From assembly GCA_008690995.1 (NCBI GenBank), contig VRMN01000006.1, positions 868,001 through 932,000 of the forward strand: 64,000 nucleotides of DNA, read 5' to 3'. Below the pieces are notes generated by a model. It saw only the letters and a list, made by a program, of their open reading frames with translations, ran no database searches and was not told where the DNA came from. The stretch is from Porphyridium purpureum (taxonomy: Eukaryota). This document shows positions 34,250 through 46,071 of the stretch, one piece after another (within the stretch, counting starts at the first letter, position 1; every line of letters starts with the position of its first letter). The translations under genes were made by a program, and so were the position numbers.

Positions 34250-37200
34250 AGAAATGTGGTTGAATCATTGCCCGCTCTTATTTTTGGTGCGCTAGGGATA
34301 CGTCCGGCACACGAGCCCGTGGTGTGGCTAAGAGCGCTCGAGAACTACACGAAGCAGAATACGGTTCAATGGGAGCGATATTCGAGTTGGACCGTGCGCA
34401 CACTCAATACCCAGAAGGCCCGGAGTCCCTGGCGTTCAGGAGCCGGACATCTGGCTTGATCGGGTGCTGGACCGATGGCAGATTCAGGCGCGCACCGACT
34501 CATATCAATAGAGTATTGCGGCGACAGAAAAGCTCGGGGACTCATTGCGGGACAATTGGCGCGCAATTCGCTGAACAAGCTCGATGCTTATAATCACTAA
34601 AAGTATCTCACCGCTGTCGCGAACAACCCGCTGGGGATGAAGAAAGAGGCGGTCATCTTGCATAAGTTTATGATTACGGTAGAAGTGTGGGACCAATCGG
34701 AAGGCATTTGCGCGAGCGACGTTCCAGGAGATCGCCATGGAGGAGGGCGAGCAGCTCGAGAACTTCAGAGAGAGGTTCTCAGCAGCAGTTATGGTGATGG
34801 AGCTCGCAAACGAGGAAGGCTTGGACGAAGCGAAAATTGTCGAAGAAATCGTTGCAGCGCGTTTCTGTGGGAAAGTTATGAGGAAGGTGTGCGTATAGCA
34901 GCCAACACGAGCAAAGTCCTGAAGACTTTATCGGATGCGGTTCTCTACCTGCAGACGTATTAATATGGTCAGGTAGAAGAAGCGATTCGGGGTAAAGCGC
35001 TTAGTATGCCGATTGTGAGGCAATAACGGATCTATAAAAACAAAGAACACTACGCCAGGCCATGTTGACAAAAGAAGGGGTCGAAGGAGCCTACGCACGA
35101 TGTGGTCTGAGAAATGCGAAATGAGATTGAAGCACTCAACGCACAGCTGAAGAAGAGACCGCCTCGTTTCGGTCAGGCCAGTTTGACATAGCCAGTACCG
35201 TCGTAGGATCGTGGAGAGGAGTCGCTGAACTCCGAGGCTTCAGAAGACAGTGACGATGCGGCCCGAAACACGAATTCAGAGTTGCGCTTGGTGCGAGTTG
35301 TGAGAGCACAGGTTCGGTTGGGCTCGACACCATGTCAAGTGACCATACCTTTGCTTCATGAGAGCTGCTTTCCGGCCTGCGTAAGACTAAAGATGTTATC
35401 CTTTCATCGGGCATTGAGAGTGAGACTGACGGAGTGATGATTAAGCATGTAGATGGCACGATATTTTACCCGTGCGATACTTGAGTCGTGTGACTGGAAA
35501 CATACTTTCGTTCAGCAGACTTGTGGATGCAAGGCACTTATATGATACTCGCCCAGAAAGCATGCACTGGTCATCGGTTGTGGGGTGCTAGGGAATTTGG
35601 GTTGCTAAGTCGAGGTTGGCTTTCCCTGGAAGAACCTTTATACGTATCCAATGTGGATATCAACCGATCTTTCTTGTTCATGTCACGATTGCGCAGACAC
35701 CCATCAATATTCCAGCACTGATTCTGCGAGCAGAGGCGTGTGCTTGAGCCGTAGTCGCATGGTTTTATCAAGCGAGAGATAAAGCGGACATAGGAAGCAG
35801 TAGACTTTTAAGCGAAGCTAGCCTTTCCGTCACCAGAGGCTGTAAAGACCACGCTGAGACGGGGCAATATTGACGAGTACGCGCTCTTTGCAGCGGACAT
35901 GGAGAGGGATGTGCAGATCTTTAGAAAGCCAACGGCCAAAATGAAGGGCAAGACCACAGGACACATTACTATAGTGGAAAACTGCCTCAATGCGACGCAG
36001 TCATGCAGTAGCAGATGCACTCGGACTTGATCTTTGTCGAGGGTTATACTTTCCTGATCACAGTATGAAATCCATGCATTATGTCGTGGTGACTCACGTA
36101 AGGATCAAGAGCGGAAAAGACATGGCAATGGCCATGAACAAGCAAATAAGATTTCTCAGAGCACACAGAGTGGATGTAACCACGGGAAAAAGTGACCCGG
36201 GGTCAGGTTGGATAGCGATGGTGGGAGATTTGGAGGAAAAGGGCATACTTGTGAGTTTTACGGCAGCAGCGGAGGCAGTGCCTGCTGCGAAGAGGGGCGA
36301 TTCGGACTGTGAAGGAGATAACGCGCGCGACTATGAACGTGCTGCAATAATCATTGCCCTCAGGACCCATTCCTCAGTTGATTAAGAACACCACACACAA
36401 GAGTAACATGGTACCAGCTACTACCGAATGACATGATACAGAAACGCCGATGTCGCGGATGACTGGTGTTAAAGTCAACATAAAGAAGGACCTGATGTTG
36501 AAATTTGGCGACTATATTCAAGTAGAGTCAGTGAAGTCACATAATACTTTGAAGGCACGGACGCTTGGATGCATAGCTCCGTGTCCAACATCCAATGTGG
36601 AAGTTGCTTGTGTGTTTTTGATTTTGAGCAGCACGCGGGAGACGAACAAGCAAGGATGCCAGAAGCTCGAGACACCAGACGCCGTTGTGACGTACTCGAC
36701 TGGGTTCAACGGCGCCGTCCTGTCCAATCAGGCGACGAGACGAACCCCCACGAGGAAAGCGGGCACAACACCATTGCTCCTACATAGAGCAATAGAGATT
36801 CGCATACGCATGCTGGGAGCCGCGCTGGTGGGTCTGGGCTAATATCAACCGGACGCGTAGAATCATTGCACAGCACTGCGTCCATGGGGCCGTATGAGCC
36901 GCAGCAAGGCGAATAGCAACAATTTTTATTAAAGTTGCAAGCCAGTCCTACATTACTGAACCAAAAACTGCATCTGCCAGAAGGGTCCATGATAATTAGA
37001 CGAAGAACAAGCATTAAGCGGGGAGTGAGACTATGAGACCCGCTGAGAAAGAGCATGAAGTGAGTAGTGAGCCCGAAACGAAGAGCACAAGCCAGTCGGA
37101 AGCTGGGAAAGCCAGAGACGCCAAACAAATTGAAGTGGAGGCTGGATAAGATACGGCAGCGGAACCGGGAGATCAGGGAGAAGCTGATGAGGTGTTAGTA

Positions 37201-38483
37201 GATGGATTGCGTAAAATAGCGCTCGAAGTGCTGCACCGTGCAACAGTTATCCAAGATATTACATCAAGGCTAGCACAAGTGCCGGCTAGAGGATGCAAGA
37301 GACAACTTTTTGTTTTTATCGCGAACAACTCAAATAAGCCGGCACAGGAAAAGAGGAGAAACTTTATGATAGTCTAAAGGTATGTGAGAGAGTCGGTGTG
37401 CTTGATAGCTGTTGTCCGCTGGGCCTACAGGGAGCACGGCGAATCCGGGTTGCCTGCTGCAGTGGCCAAATTATTGCAGACGTCTTCATGGGACACGGAT
37501 GCCTTGGAGCCCGGAGGAGAAAAGTGACACGCGAGGAAACAAAGAACATACACCCGGCGCGCATGATTCTGGATGAAAAGAGCAACAAGCAGACGAGCGA
37601 GGTAGTGAAAGTGAAAGCGAGGCTCGGGGCTAGTGGAAACTGGCAGGGCCGTCAATTGCTCCCGATGCAGTGTCGCCAGCACTTAGCACTGAGGCTTTGT
37701 TTTTGCTAGCAGCTTTGGCCGCCTATGAAAGATGTTCAAAAGACACTCTCGGCTATCCAGAAACATATCCTAATGTGGACATTCTCGATGACAAACCAAA
37801 GTACATAGGTCTTGACAAGGGGCTGGCGCAGGTTATGAGTGAGATACGCCCGGCCTTGTAGCATTGGGTGAGTCTGTCCGGAACAATGATGTGCGGACTT
37901 AAAACGGCGATGTAAGGACGCATTATGTCAGCTAAGCTCTGGCGTGATCACTTGGTCAGGGAGTTGAAGGGGCCTGGGTTTGCTTCATTTGCGAATGACG
38001 CATGTGTGTTTCGACAAAAGAGCGATGAAATGTGGCTTGTTGTATACGTAGACGACATCATGGTGGTTGCCGAACGACAGAAAAACATCATTTAATTCAG
38101 GAAGGAGCTTGCATCGAAGTCTAAAGGCTTGAAAGTGTGCGTGGTCGAAAAGGGCGAGTACCTCGGCATGTGGTTCAACTTTCGGCATGATGGCCAGGTA
38201 GAATTTAGCATGCCTGCATTCCTCGAACGATTAGTATCGGAAGCAGCGGTGACTTACAGCGCCAAGACACCAACTAAAGAGAACCTCTTCAACGTAGAGG
38301 CAAACGCTACCCCCGCGTTCGGCTGTCGAGAAAGCTGCTTTTCATACACGTGATGCAAAGCTTACATATCTAGCCAAAAGAACCCGTCCGAACTTGGTGG
38401 TGAGACTGTCTTCTCTCCTGCGTAAAGTGCAAACCCTGACTGAAGGGGACTACGAACAACTTCAAAGAATCTTGGGGTATGGC
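34250..38483 (+). mobile_element. highly decayed Ty1/Copia element (CoDi-like, related to 57.8-63.4 kb)
   Basis: Fragments: PR 'VGLDTMSSDH' (~35320), IN 'FTAAAEAVPAA', 'LKFGDYIQVE', RT 'VKARLGASG', 'VYVDDI' (~38045), 'YLAKRTRP'; 5' boundary uncertain. Confidence 0.8.
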
Positions 38484-41400
38484 TGAGGGAGCGAACTCGC
38501 CAGATGAAGCACGCTTGAGGGGCGCGAGCGAGCGTACGACCTGCTGACAAGCAAGGGGGCTGCGTGATCGGTAACCGGGACGAGAGCGACACTACCGACC
38601 GTCGCGCGGAGGGTACGATGGTCCCGGCCTTCGCGGCTGCTCTGTATAAAAGATTGGTGCAGCCGCGCGGAGCAGGATTCGCCGGTCTCTAGAGTCAGAG
38701 GCTTCAGGATTTAGCATCGGAAATAGTAGGTACTACAAACGAAGCTTCTCGGAATAATGGCGTTTGCTTATAGTGGAGCGGTTGCACTTGTGGATCCGGG
38801 CGTGTTGCGTTTTCCGCAGGTTATGAGCCCAGCCAATAAGCTGAGGATGGACTGCGGGAATTGTGCCGCTTGGGCAACGCGGATGAAGTTCTTACTGTGT
38901 CAAGAGCAAGTCTGGTACGTAATTGAGGGAAAGACGGCAGCAGCCGTGAGTGCCACGGGCACGGTGGGTGTTGACACTGCCACCGGAGCAGGCGGGGTGG
39001 TGGACCCGGACAAGGATGAAAAGGCTTGCGGTCTAACTGGTGCAAGTGTAGGCGCGGCCCACCTTCACGTCGTAGCAGACGCTCCGAGCGCCACGGCAGC
39101 TTGGGACGAGCTTGAGGTCGTTGCGAAGGCCGCGGTGCCTTTGTATGCAAGGGAACTGCGTAAGAAGCTGGCAACCTTTCGGGATCACGCCGATAAGCCA
39201 GTATACAACGTTCTTGCCGAAATTATCCTGCTTCGTCGCGAAATGCAAGCGGCAGGCATCGAAGCTGCAAAAGACGAATACTGCACTGCACGATTTGAAG
39301 CGTTGCCAACACAGTTCGCGCCAATCGAACAAGCGTGGGAAGCCGGCAGTGGGGTCGCTACATTGAAGGAGTTGCAGCCAATGCTCCTCGCTGTGGAGCG
39401 CGGTTTGAAGCGCGATGATGAAGCTTTTGCACTGAAAGCACATGCGTTCCTCGCCCCACGTCGATCCACAGGAAGGGTCCAGTTCAACGGCGCATGCTGG
39501 ACTTGCGGGAAGCAAGGGGACACCAGACGCAAGCTTACACGTGGGCACAGGAGTGCAAGCCAGGGACGGACTTCCAGGTCCTTAGAAGCCGAGACCATGT
39601 TTGTACTGTGTGCGCAAGGGCGGACTTGGGCCAACGTCGCACGCACAGACAAGAAAGACGACTTGATTTTGGACTCATGGGTGTCCAGTCACATAAATGT
39701 TTTTCGTCAACCCCGCGAATTCCAGTCGTGGCTGGAACCTAAGGTGAACAGGGGCGGCATGCTAGATAAAGGCTTGGAGACCCAAGAGCAGGCTCAAGGG
39801 CAGAGAGAAGTAAGAGAAGAAGGAGAAGGAAAGAAAAACGGGAAGACAGATTGATAGCAATGACCAATATTTTCGAAGCAATCCTGAATCCGCGACCAAC
39901 TGGTCGGGGTGCTGAGGAAATTCGGAGTCGAGCGCAAGCCATAGGATTGTTAGGCCCGGAGGCGGCTGGGCTGAGTGATCACCGCCGTATGAGAAGCGGA
40001 GCGGTGAGGCGGACCCGGAGCGCTAACGCCAGCGTAATGCCTGAGGATGTACCAATGGTACTACTGACTGAATTGCTGGACGCCAAAAGGGCGTTGTAAT
40101 CACACGCTGGTAGTGAAGTATTCATAGGAAAGCCGGCGGCTCTGCGTCGGCACGGAGTCCCGCCCTTGCAGCGCGCGTATGAGAAGGCCACGGCATTAAG
40201 CGTTTCTAGCGCTCAGTTTGTCTAGCTAAAGTCTATCTTTGGCGCGAAGAATGCCGAGTTGGGTGCCGCGCATGACAGATGTAATGTAGACTTGTGGCGC
40301 AGGGTGACGAGGTGAAGAACGCTCATGGGGCGATTGTGTGCCATCGCTTTGCGTTTGAGAAGCCGGTAGGCTTGGTTGCAGTGTGCGCGGTCTTGAGCCT
40401 ATCCCTTTAGGCCTCTTGTAGATTTGCAGACTGCGGATTCTTTGATGGTGGTTCTGCGTACGTGTGCGCTCCATTTGGAGGGCCTGCTAGGTATACAGAA
40501 GTTTTCGGCTTGGTCAAGTATCTCGACAAGGACTACGTTAGTGCCCGGGAGTTGGCGAAGCTGCGCAAGATGGACCGACCGGTGATTTGTCTTCCGCAAG
40601 CGTTGTACGGATTGGCCCGTGCTGGCAGTGACTTTGGGTAACATGCTCGCGAGAATCTGGCTGGTTTCGGCTGGAAGGAGTCGGCGTTCGATAAAAAGGT
40701 GTATGTGCGCAAGCGAAGCGGCAAGCCGACATAGCTAGTGTTAAATGTCGATGACGGAGGAGTCACGATTTATCGTGTATCCGTTCATGAAACGATTCGG
40801 GAGGCTACAGGCGTATTTCAGATCTCGAAACAGACAGAATATGTCGCTGCCGCGACGAAGGATGAACCCGCAAGGTTTCTTGGCATGTGTTTCTGGACAA
40901 TTCTGGGATCATGTGACTGGCTCGTGGGCTCGGCGAAATAGGTATCACTTGTTGTTGGAAAGCGAGGTGGCGGTAGCAGCAGGAAAACGCCCATGTTCTC
41001 GAAACCGGAGCCTGGTGACAAAGTAGCGCCTTGTGACGTAGAGGCGCGCAGAATCATTGGTCAAGCGTTATGGCTCGCGAGGACCACAAAGCCCGACATA
41101 GCACATGCGGTATGTAAACCCGCGGACAAATGACGCCGGGAAAGCGCTGGACGAAATCTTGACATACGTGCGTGGATCGAAGAATTTGGTATTGACGATC
41201 GAGATGCCCGACCGCGCTGTGAGCGCAGTTGCTCTGAAGTATTTTTCTGATTCCGATTTCTCGGCAGACAAATCGACGTCCAGTTCCTGTATTTTCATTG
41301 AAGCGGGCGGTTTGCGCCGCCCTGTGGACTGAAGTAGCGGCCGCCAGCGGCGCGTGGCCACTTCCACTGCAGGGGCAGAACTCATTGCAGTGCACACTTG

Positions 41401-41720
41401 CGTACGGCATAGAATGTTCCCGCAGGCAGACTTTCTTGAAAGAATCCTTTGGCTCGTGGCCGGGAGTGATCGTGTTGATTGACAATGAGATGGCGTCGAT
41501 GCAATTGGACGAGGATGGAGTAACAAGATATTGTGCATGCAGAGGATGCAGCGTGTGATATTGCGATGACTGCACAAAGTCGCTCCGGACGGGCACGCGC
41601 AGTTCGCGTGTGTGGAATCTCGGAAAAACGTCGCCGATATGTATACAAGGCTTTATCAGTCGATGCGTTTAGAACGCAGTTGGCAGGATGGAATGTGATG
41701 CAGTAAACTACAGGAGTTGG
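38484..41720 (+). mobile_element. decayed, internally deleted Ty1/Copia element (different family)
   Basis: Putative 5' LTR ~38484-38818 with TATAAAAG; PBS GGTTATGAGCCCAG; gag (38757-39600), PR 'ILDSWVSSHI', RT 'LRKRCTD/ALYGL', RNaseH 'YFSDSDFSAD'; integrase not seen. Confidence 0.8.
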
Positions 41721-41934
41721 TGTTAAAAATGGCTCGTTATCCGCGCGATTCGCTACTTGGCCTCCGTGCCCAGTGCACCGCGCAGGCTGTCTGCCTTCGC
41801 CGGAGATTCCGTCCACCAGACCGATGGAAATCCGTCTACTTCCATCCCTAAGCCTCAATCTTCTGCCTCTATCTCTCGTGCTTTTTGCGTCTTCCGTGCG
41901 CTCCACTCGCCCTTTATACACATCGTCTACACGG

Positions 41935-42009
41935 GAAACCGTGTCGTCTGAAACCGTGCAATCCAAAACCGTGCCAAGTGAAACCGTGTCGTCTGAAACC
42001 GTGTCGCGT
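41935..42009. repeat. 5 x 15-bp tandem repeat (GAAACCGTGTCGTCT consensus)
   Basis: Seen directly; lies just upstream of a minus-strand TATAAAG (~41912-41918). Confidence 0.9.
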
Positions 42010-42366
42010 GAAGTGGAGTATGTAATAATGCGTAAGCATTGTGCACTTTTGATGCAAGTCTAAGAGCAGCGAGACGGGTTCCAGTTTTGTGGAAGCCCAT
42101 ATTTGTAGTGCGTAAGTTTCAATAGCTTCTTCTTCAGTTTCTTTACACCTGCACAATACTTCCACGCTACTCTCGGCACTCTCACGTTTCTACTGCGGCA
42201 GTCCGCGACCTGCATAAATAGGTCGCATGCCCGCGTGCGAATGGCGTACGCTCAGAGAAAAGGTAAACACGAGAACAAAAGAACACAAAGGCCTTGGAAA
42301 AAACCAGTCTCCAACACATATATACGCGCAGTCAAAGAGTCAAGCTTTTATTCACCTGAGCTCATC

Positions 42367-42630
42367 ATGGCCGGCACACGCCCCCTGCGAAGTGGATATC
42401 AGAAGGAAGATATCAAAGAGTGGGTTGTCGAATTCCACCAGTTGGGACCGCAGAGTAGTGCATTTGGATCGCTTGTCGGTGCACGCGCCAGGAGGCAAGT
42501 GGAAGACAGGTTCTTTCTCGGTTGTGCTGGAACGCCAGTGGAGGCGGCTGGCGAGAGCTTTAGAGTTGACAGTCATTAGATGTGTTGAAGATAAAGGTTC
42601 ATTTCTTCCTCAAAAGAAAGCCTATTTGCG
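42367..42630 (+). pseudogene. possible frameshifted PH-domain fragment
   Basis: 'MAGTRPLRSGY' + (+1 shift) 'RKISKSGLSNSTSWDRRVVHLD' resembles PH strands 1-2. Confidence 0.25.
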
Positions 42631-42952
42631 GAGCGGTTTGCGCGCGCACGTGCGGAGCAAAGCAGCGCGCACGGTGCACGCGCATCCCTTAAGAGACCAC
42701 CGCGCGGCGGTACATTCGCGCGCGAAGCAGCAGCAGTCGACGCACAGCTGCCGGTAATCAAAGCTGCGTCTTGGAAGGAGGACCATCCCCAGGATTGGAG
42801 GTGACGGTACAGTTTAGTTTCTGGAGGACAGTGGCGGAACCCTAGAGTTGGGACCCTACGCGCACGGGCTGCGGGCTTTGGGTTGGCGTGGCGCGAGTGC
42901 CGGTGCGTCTAGGCGGCGGGGCCGCGGCCGCGGAAGGCGCTCGTTCTCGACG

Positions 42953-43891
42953 ATGGCGTTGTCGCAAAGCTCGCCCGTGGTAGTGCGGCTGTCCACAGAC
43001 ATGTGGAAGGCATCGGCGATGGGCGACGCACGCGGCATCCGGCGCGTCGTGCGCAGAGTGCAGGGCCGCCCGCGCGTCGACGCGAACGCATTCTTGCACA
43101 ACGTGCACGGTGCCAAGTCGCTGCGCGTGGCTGCAATGCACGGCCACGAGGCATGCGTGGACGTGCTGCTCGAGCTGGGCGTGCCAGTCGATGCGAACGA
43201 CGACGATGGAAGAACGGCGCTCATGGACGCACTCAATTGTAATCAGGTGGCGTGCGTTCGGAAACTCATACGGCGCGGCGCTGATCTCGAGCAGCGGCAC
43301 GAGCACGACCACTCCCCGCTGATGAGAGCTGTGTGCCATAACGCGGTGGGCGCCGTGCGTGTCCTGCTCTACTATGGCGCCCAAGCAGACGCTCGGCGAG
43401 TTGGCGATTGCTTTACTCCGCTCCTGTTCGCCACATCAGAGCTGCGACTTGAGTGTTCACAGCTCTTGCTGGAGCACGGCGTCGATGTCGATGCCCAGTC
43501 AGATGAGGGACAAACGTCGCTGTACTTTGTGATTCGGGGAGGTCTTGTGCATAAAATGTGGGCTCCGATGATGTGGCTTGTGCAGCTGCTGCTCAAGCAT
43601 GGAGCTACCGCAGACATTGCCGACATAACGGGAACCGACCCGCTTGACCTGGTCGCTCGACTGGGCGCCTTTAGCGAACATCACTTGGAGCTGTTTGGCC
43701 TGTTGGTGCGCGGGGGCGCAGACATTAACAGACACGTGGGTGACTTGACGAAACGAACTTCGCTCCTGCACACTGCGCATCGGCAATCCTCTGTGTCCGC
43801 ACGCTATCAAATCCACGTGGAGGATCTGCTCGTCTTGTATGGCAGTCGCATGAGCACTGGACATAAGGTTAGATTCATGATGGAGCTGTGA
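42953..43891 (+). CDS. ankyrin-repeat protein
   Basis: About 6 ANK repeats ('AAMHGHEACVDVLLELG', 'GRTALMDA', 'TPLLFA', 'GQTSLYF'). Confidence 0.9.
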   Translation: MALSQSSPVVVRLSTDMWKASAMGDARGIRRVVRRVQGRPRVDANAFLHNVHGAKSLRVAAMHGHEACVDVLLELGVPVDANDDDGRTALMDALNCNQVACVRKLIRRGADLEQRHEHDHSPLMRAVCHNAVGAVRVLLYYGAQADARRVGDCFTPLLFATSELRLECSQLLLEHGVDVDAQSDEGQTSLYFVIRGGLVHKMWAPMMWLVQLLLKHGATADIADITGTDPLDLVARLGAFSEHHLELFGLLVRGGADINRHVGDLTKRTSLLHTAHRQSSVSARYQIHVEDLLVLYGSRMSTGHKVRFMMEL

Positions 43892-44382
43892 AACCAGGCG
43901 GTAATGCTCTAACACTAATTCTTGCCAGCAAGGGCACGGCGCCGTTCACAAGCTCTCGCGCAAGACTGCAGGGAGTTGTGCGCGTGCAAAAAATGGACCA
44001 TTCTGACGCTGTGTGTAGGTTCGACCAAAGGCTCCGCTTTTGCGGGAAATGCTGCGCGGGGTCAAAGTGGGTCAGTTCACGTTCTACAACAAGCCGACGA
44101 CCAGCTGTGCGCGCGAGAGGCCTACCGTGCTGGCAACTGACCCCAGCGGCCGCCATATAGCTCTGGTTACTTGGCGCGTCGCCCTAAGATCCATGTATTT
44201 AAACGTATGTCTTGTACATTCTGTGTTCTTGGTCACCTTGTTGTTGCTCTCTAGTGCAGCGGAGGACAATGGTTTCTGGGGAAGTTCGTGTCGCAGTGTG
44301 CTTGTGCTGGCTACTCGGGGAGGCGTTGAAAGTGCGCTTACGTCGTCATAGAGCAGACGAGATTTCAATGGTGCGGTAGGGC

Positions 44383-46071
44383 ATGCCCTCGCTCATACAG
44401 CTCAGGAATGTGTCACTCTCGGTGGGCTCGACGCTGCTCCTCGAGTCGGCAAACGCGCAATTGGTGAGCGGGCAACGTGTCGCGCTCACGGGCCCCAATG
44501 GCTGTGGCAAGACTACGCTTCTGCGCGCACTCGCTTCGGACGCAGGCAGCTACTTTGTCGTGAGCGCTGGGAGTGTGACGCTTTCACCTCTGCTCGACAT
44601 CTCGAACGGCGTTCTGCTCGTCGAGCAAGATAATCTGAAGTGGAGCTACCTTTTCGGGAAACACAGCGATGACGAAGGATCGCTGCGCTCCCTGACGCTG
44701 CCCGAGGCACTGGACGCAGCCGTGGCAGAAGGGCGCGAGGGTGCCATTGAAGACGCAGAGGCGTGGCGAAGACTATACCTGGCTGCCAAGACAGCGCTTG
44801 AGTGGCACACAGCCGAGTATGACTCGAAACCGCTGGGCCTCCTCTCGCCGGGCTCGGCAGTGCGTGCTTACCTGGCCGTGGCGCTTCGCAGAGATTTTAT
44901 CCATTTGTTGCTTCTGGATGAGCCTACCAACCACCTGGACTTGCCGAGCATTCTTTGGCTTCAGAAGAGCCTCAGGGAAAGCGCCAAGTCGATTGTGGTA
45001 GTATCGCACGACTCGGCGTTCCTGGATGCCGTGTGTGACCATGTTTGGCTGGTAGACCAACCAAAGAAGAGCCTGGAAGTCTCTGGTGTAAACTACACAG
45101 ACTTCCAGCGCGCGCGACAACTCGCGCGCCAGCAGCAGATGGTCGCATACGAGGCACAGCAGAAGCGCTATGAAAAGCTCACTGCTGTTGCAGAGAAGCT
45201 GCGCGTCGCGTCGGCGTCCGGTGCACGGAGTGTCGCAAAAGATAGGGATAAGTTGCAACGTGATTTCAGACGTGACCGAGCGGGACGGTCTGGGCGCAAA
45301 GCCAGTGCAACGGAAACACTGCGCGACTCGCAGCCGCAGGTCGAACGCGTGGTCGAACGCGCACCGCTGCAGATCAACATTCAAGCACTTTCCGCCACCA
45401 GTAACTCTTCCATTCTTTTTGATGACGTCGTGCTTGGCTACAACAAGCAGCCACTCGGCTTGCCGTTGATATCGTTGCGGATCGAGTTTGGCGAGCACGT
45501 CGCCATCGTCGGCTACAATAGCATCGGAAAGAGCACATTGTTGCAAACAATCACTGGAACTCTTGAGCCGGTGTCGGGTACCGTAACGGTTGGAAAGCAG
45601 CTTGTGATTGGAAGCCTTATGCAGGAGCATGAAAACCTGCCTCGAGACAGGACGCCGCGCGACCACTTTGCAAGCTTGGTGGAGCTACCGCCACGGAAAG
45701 TAGACTCAGTACTCATTCGCTACGGTTTGAATCGGCAGCAGATCGACAGCTCGTTCGGCTGCTTGAACCCAGGTGCTCGCGCGCGCGCTTTGCTCGCTGG
45801 CTTTGCCATGCGTAGCGTAAACGTCCTTGTGCTTGACGAGCCTACCAACCACCTTGACGAAGAGGCCATGGATGAAGTGCTGGCCAGTCTGAATGTGTTC
45901 AAAGGCACAGCGCTCATTGTTTCACACAGCTATGCCTTTCTCGAATCGCTGAAGCTAAATCGCTTGCTGCGACTTGACTCGCGAGGCTTGATTGAGATAG
46001 CGGGTCTCGATGAGTTTGTCGGCGAGATTGAAGACATTGTGGATCATGTGATTGCTGCTTCGAGAGTCTGA
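44383..46071 (+). CDS. ABC-F family ATPase, bacterial-like
   Basis: Two NBDs (GPNGCGKT; GYNSIGKST; 2x LDEPTNHLD; VSH), no TM domain, long helical linker. Confidence 0.92.
   Translation: MPSLIQLRNVSLSVGSTLLLESANAQLVSGQRVALTGPNGCGKTTLLRALASDAGSYFVVSAGSVTLSPLLDISNGVLLVEQDNLKWSYLFGKHSDDEGSLRSLTLPEALDAAVAEGREGAIEDAEAWRRLYLAAKTALEWHTAEYDSKPLGLLSPGSAVRAYLAVALRRDFIHLLLLDEPTNHLDLPSILWLQKSLRESAKSIVVVSHDSAFLDAVCDHVWLVDQPKKSLEVSGVNYTDFQRARQLARQQQMVAYEAQQKRYEKLTAVAEKLRVASASGARSVAKDRDKLQRDFRRDRAGRSGRKASATETLRDSQPQVERVVERAPLQINIQALSATSNSSILFDDVVLGYNKQPLGLPLISLRIEFGEHVAIVGYNSIGKSTLLQTITGTLEPVSGTVTVGKQLVIGSLMQEHENLPRDRTPRDHFASLVELPPRKVDSVLIRYGLNRQQIDSSFGCLNPGARARALLAGFAMRSVNVLVLDEPTNHLDEEAMDEVLASLNVFKGTALIVSHSYAFLESLKLNRLLRLDSRGLIEIAGLDEFVGEIEDIVDHVIAASRV

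Noticed and set aside
41935..42009. CRISPR-like array
   Set aside because: Contiguous 15-bp units with no spacers, eukaryotic context, no cas genes
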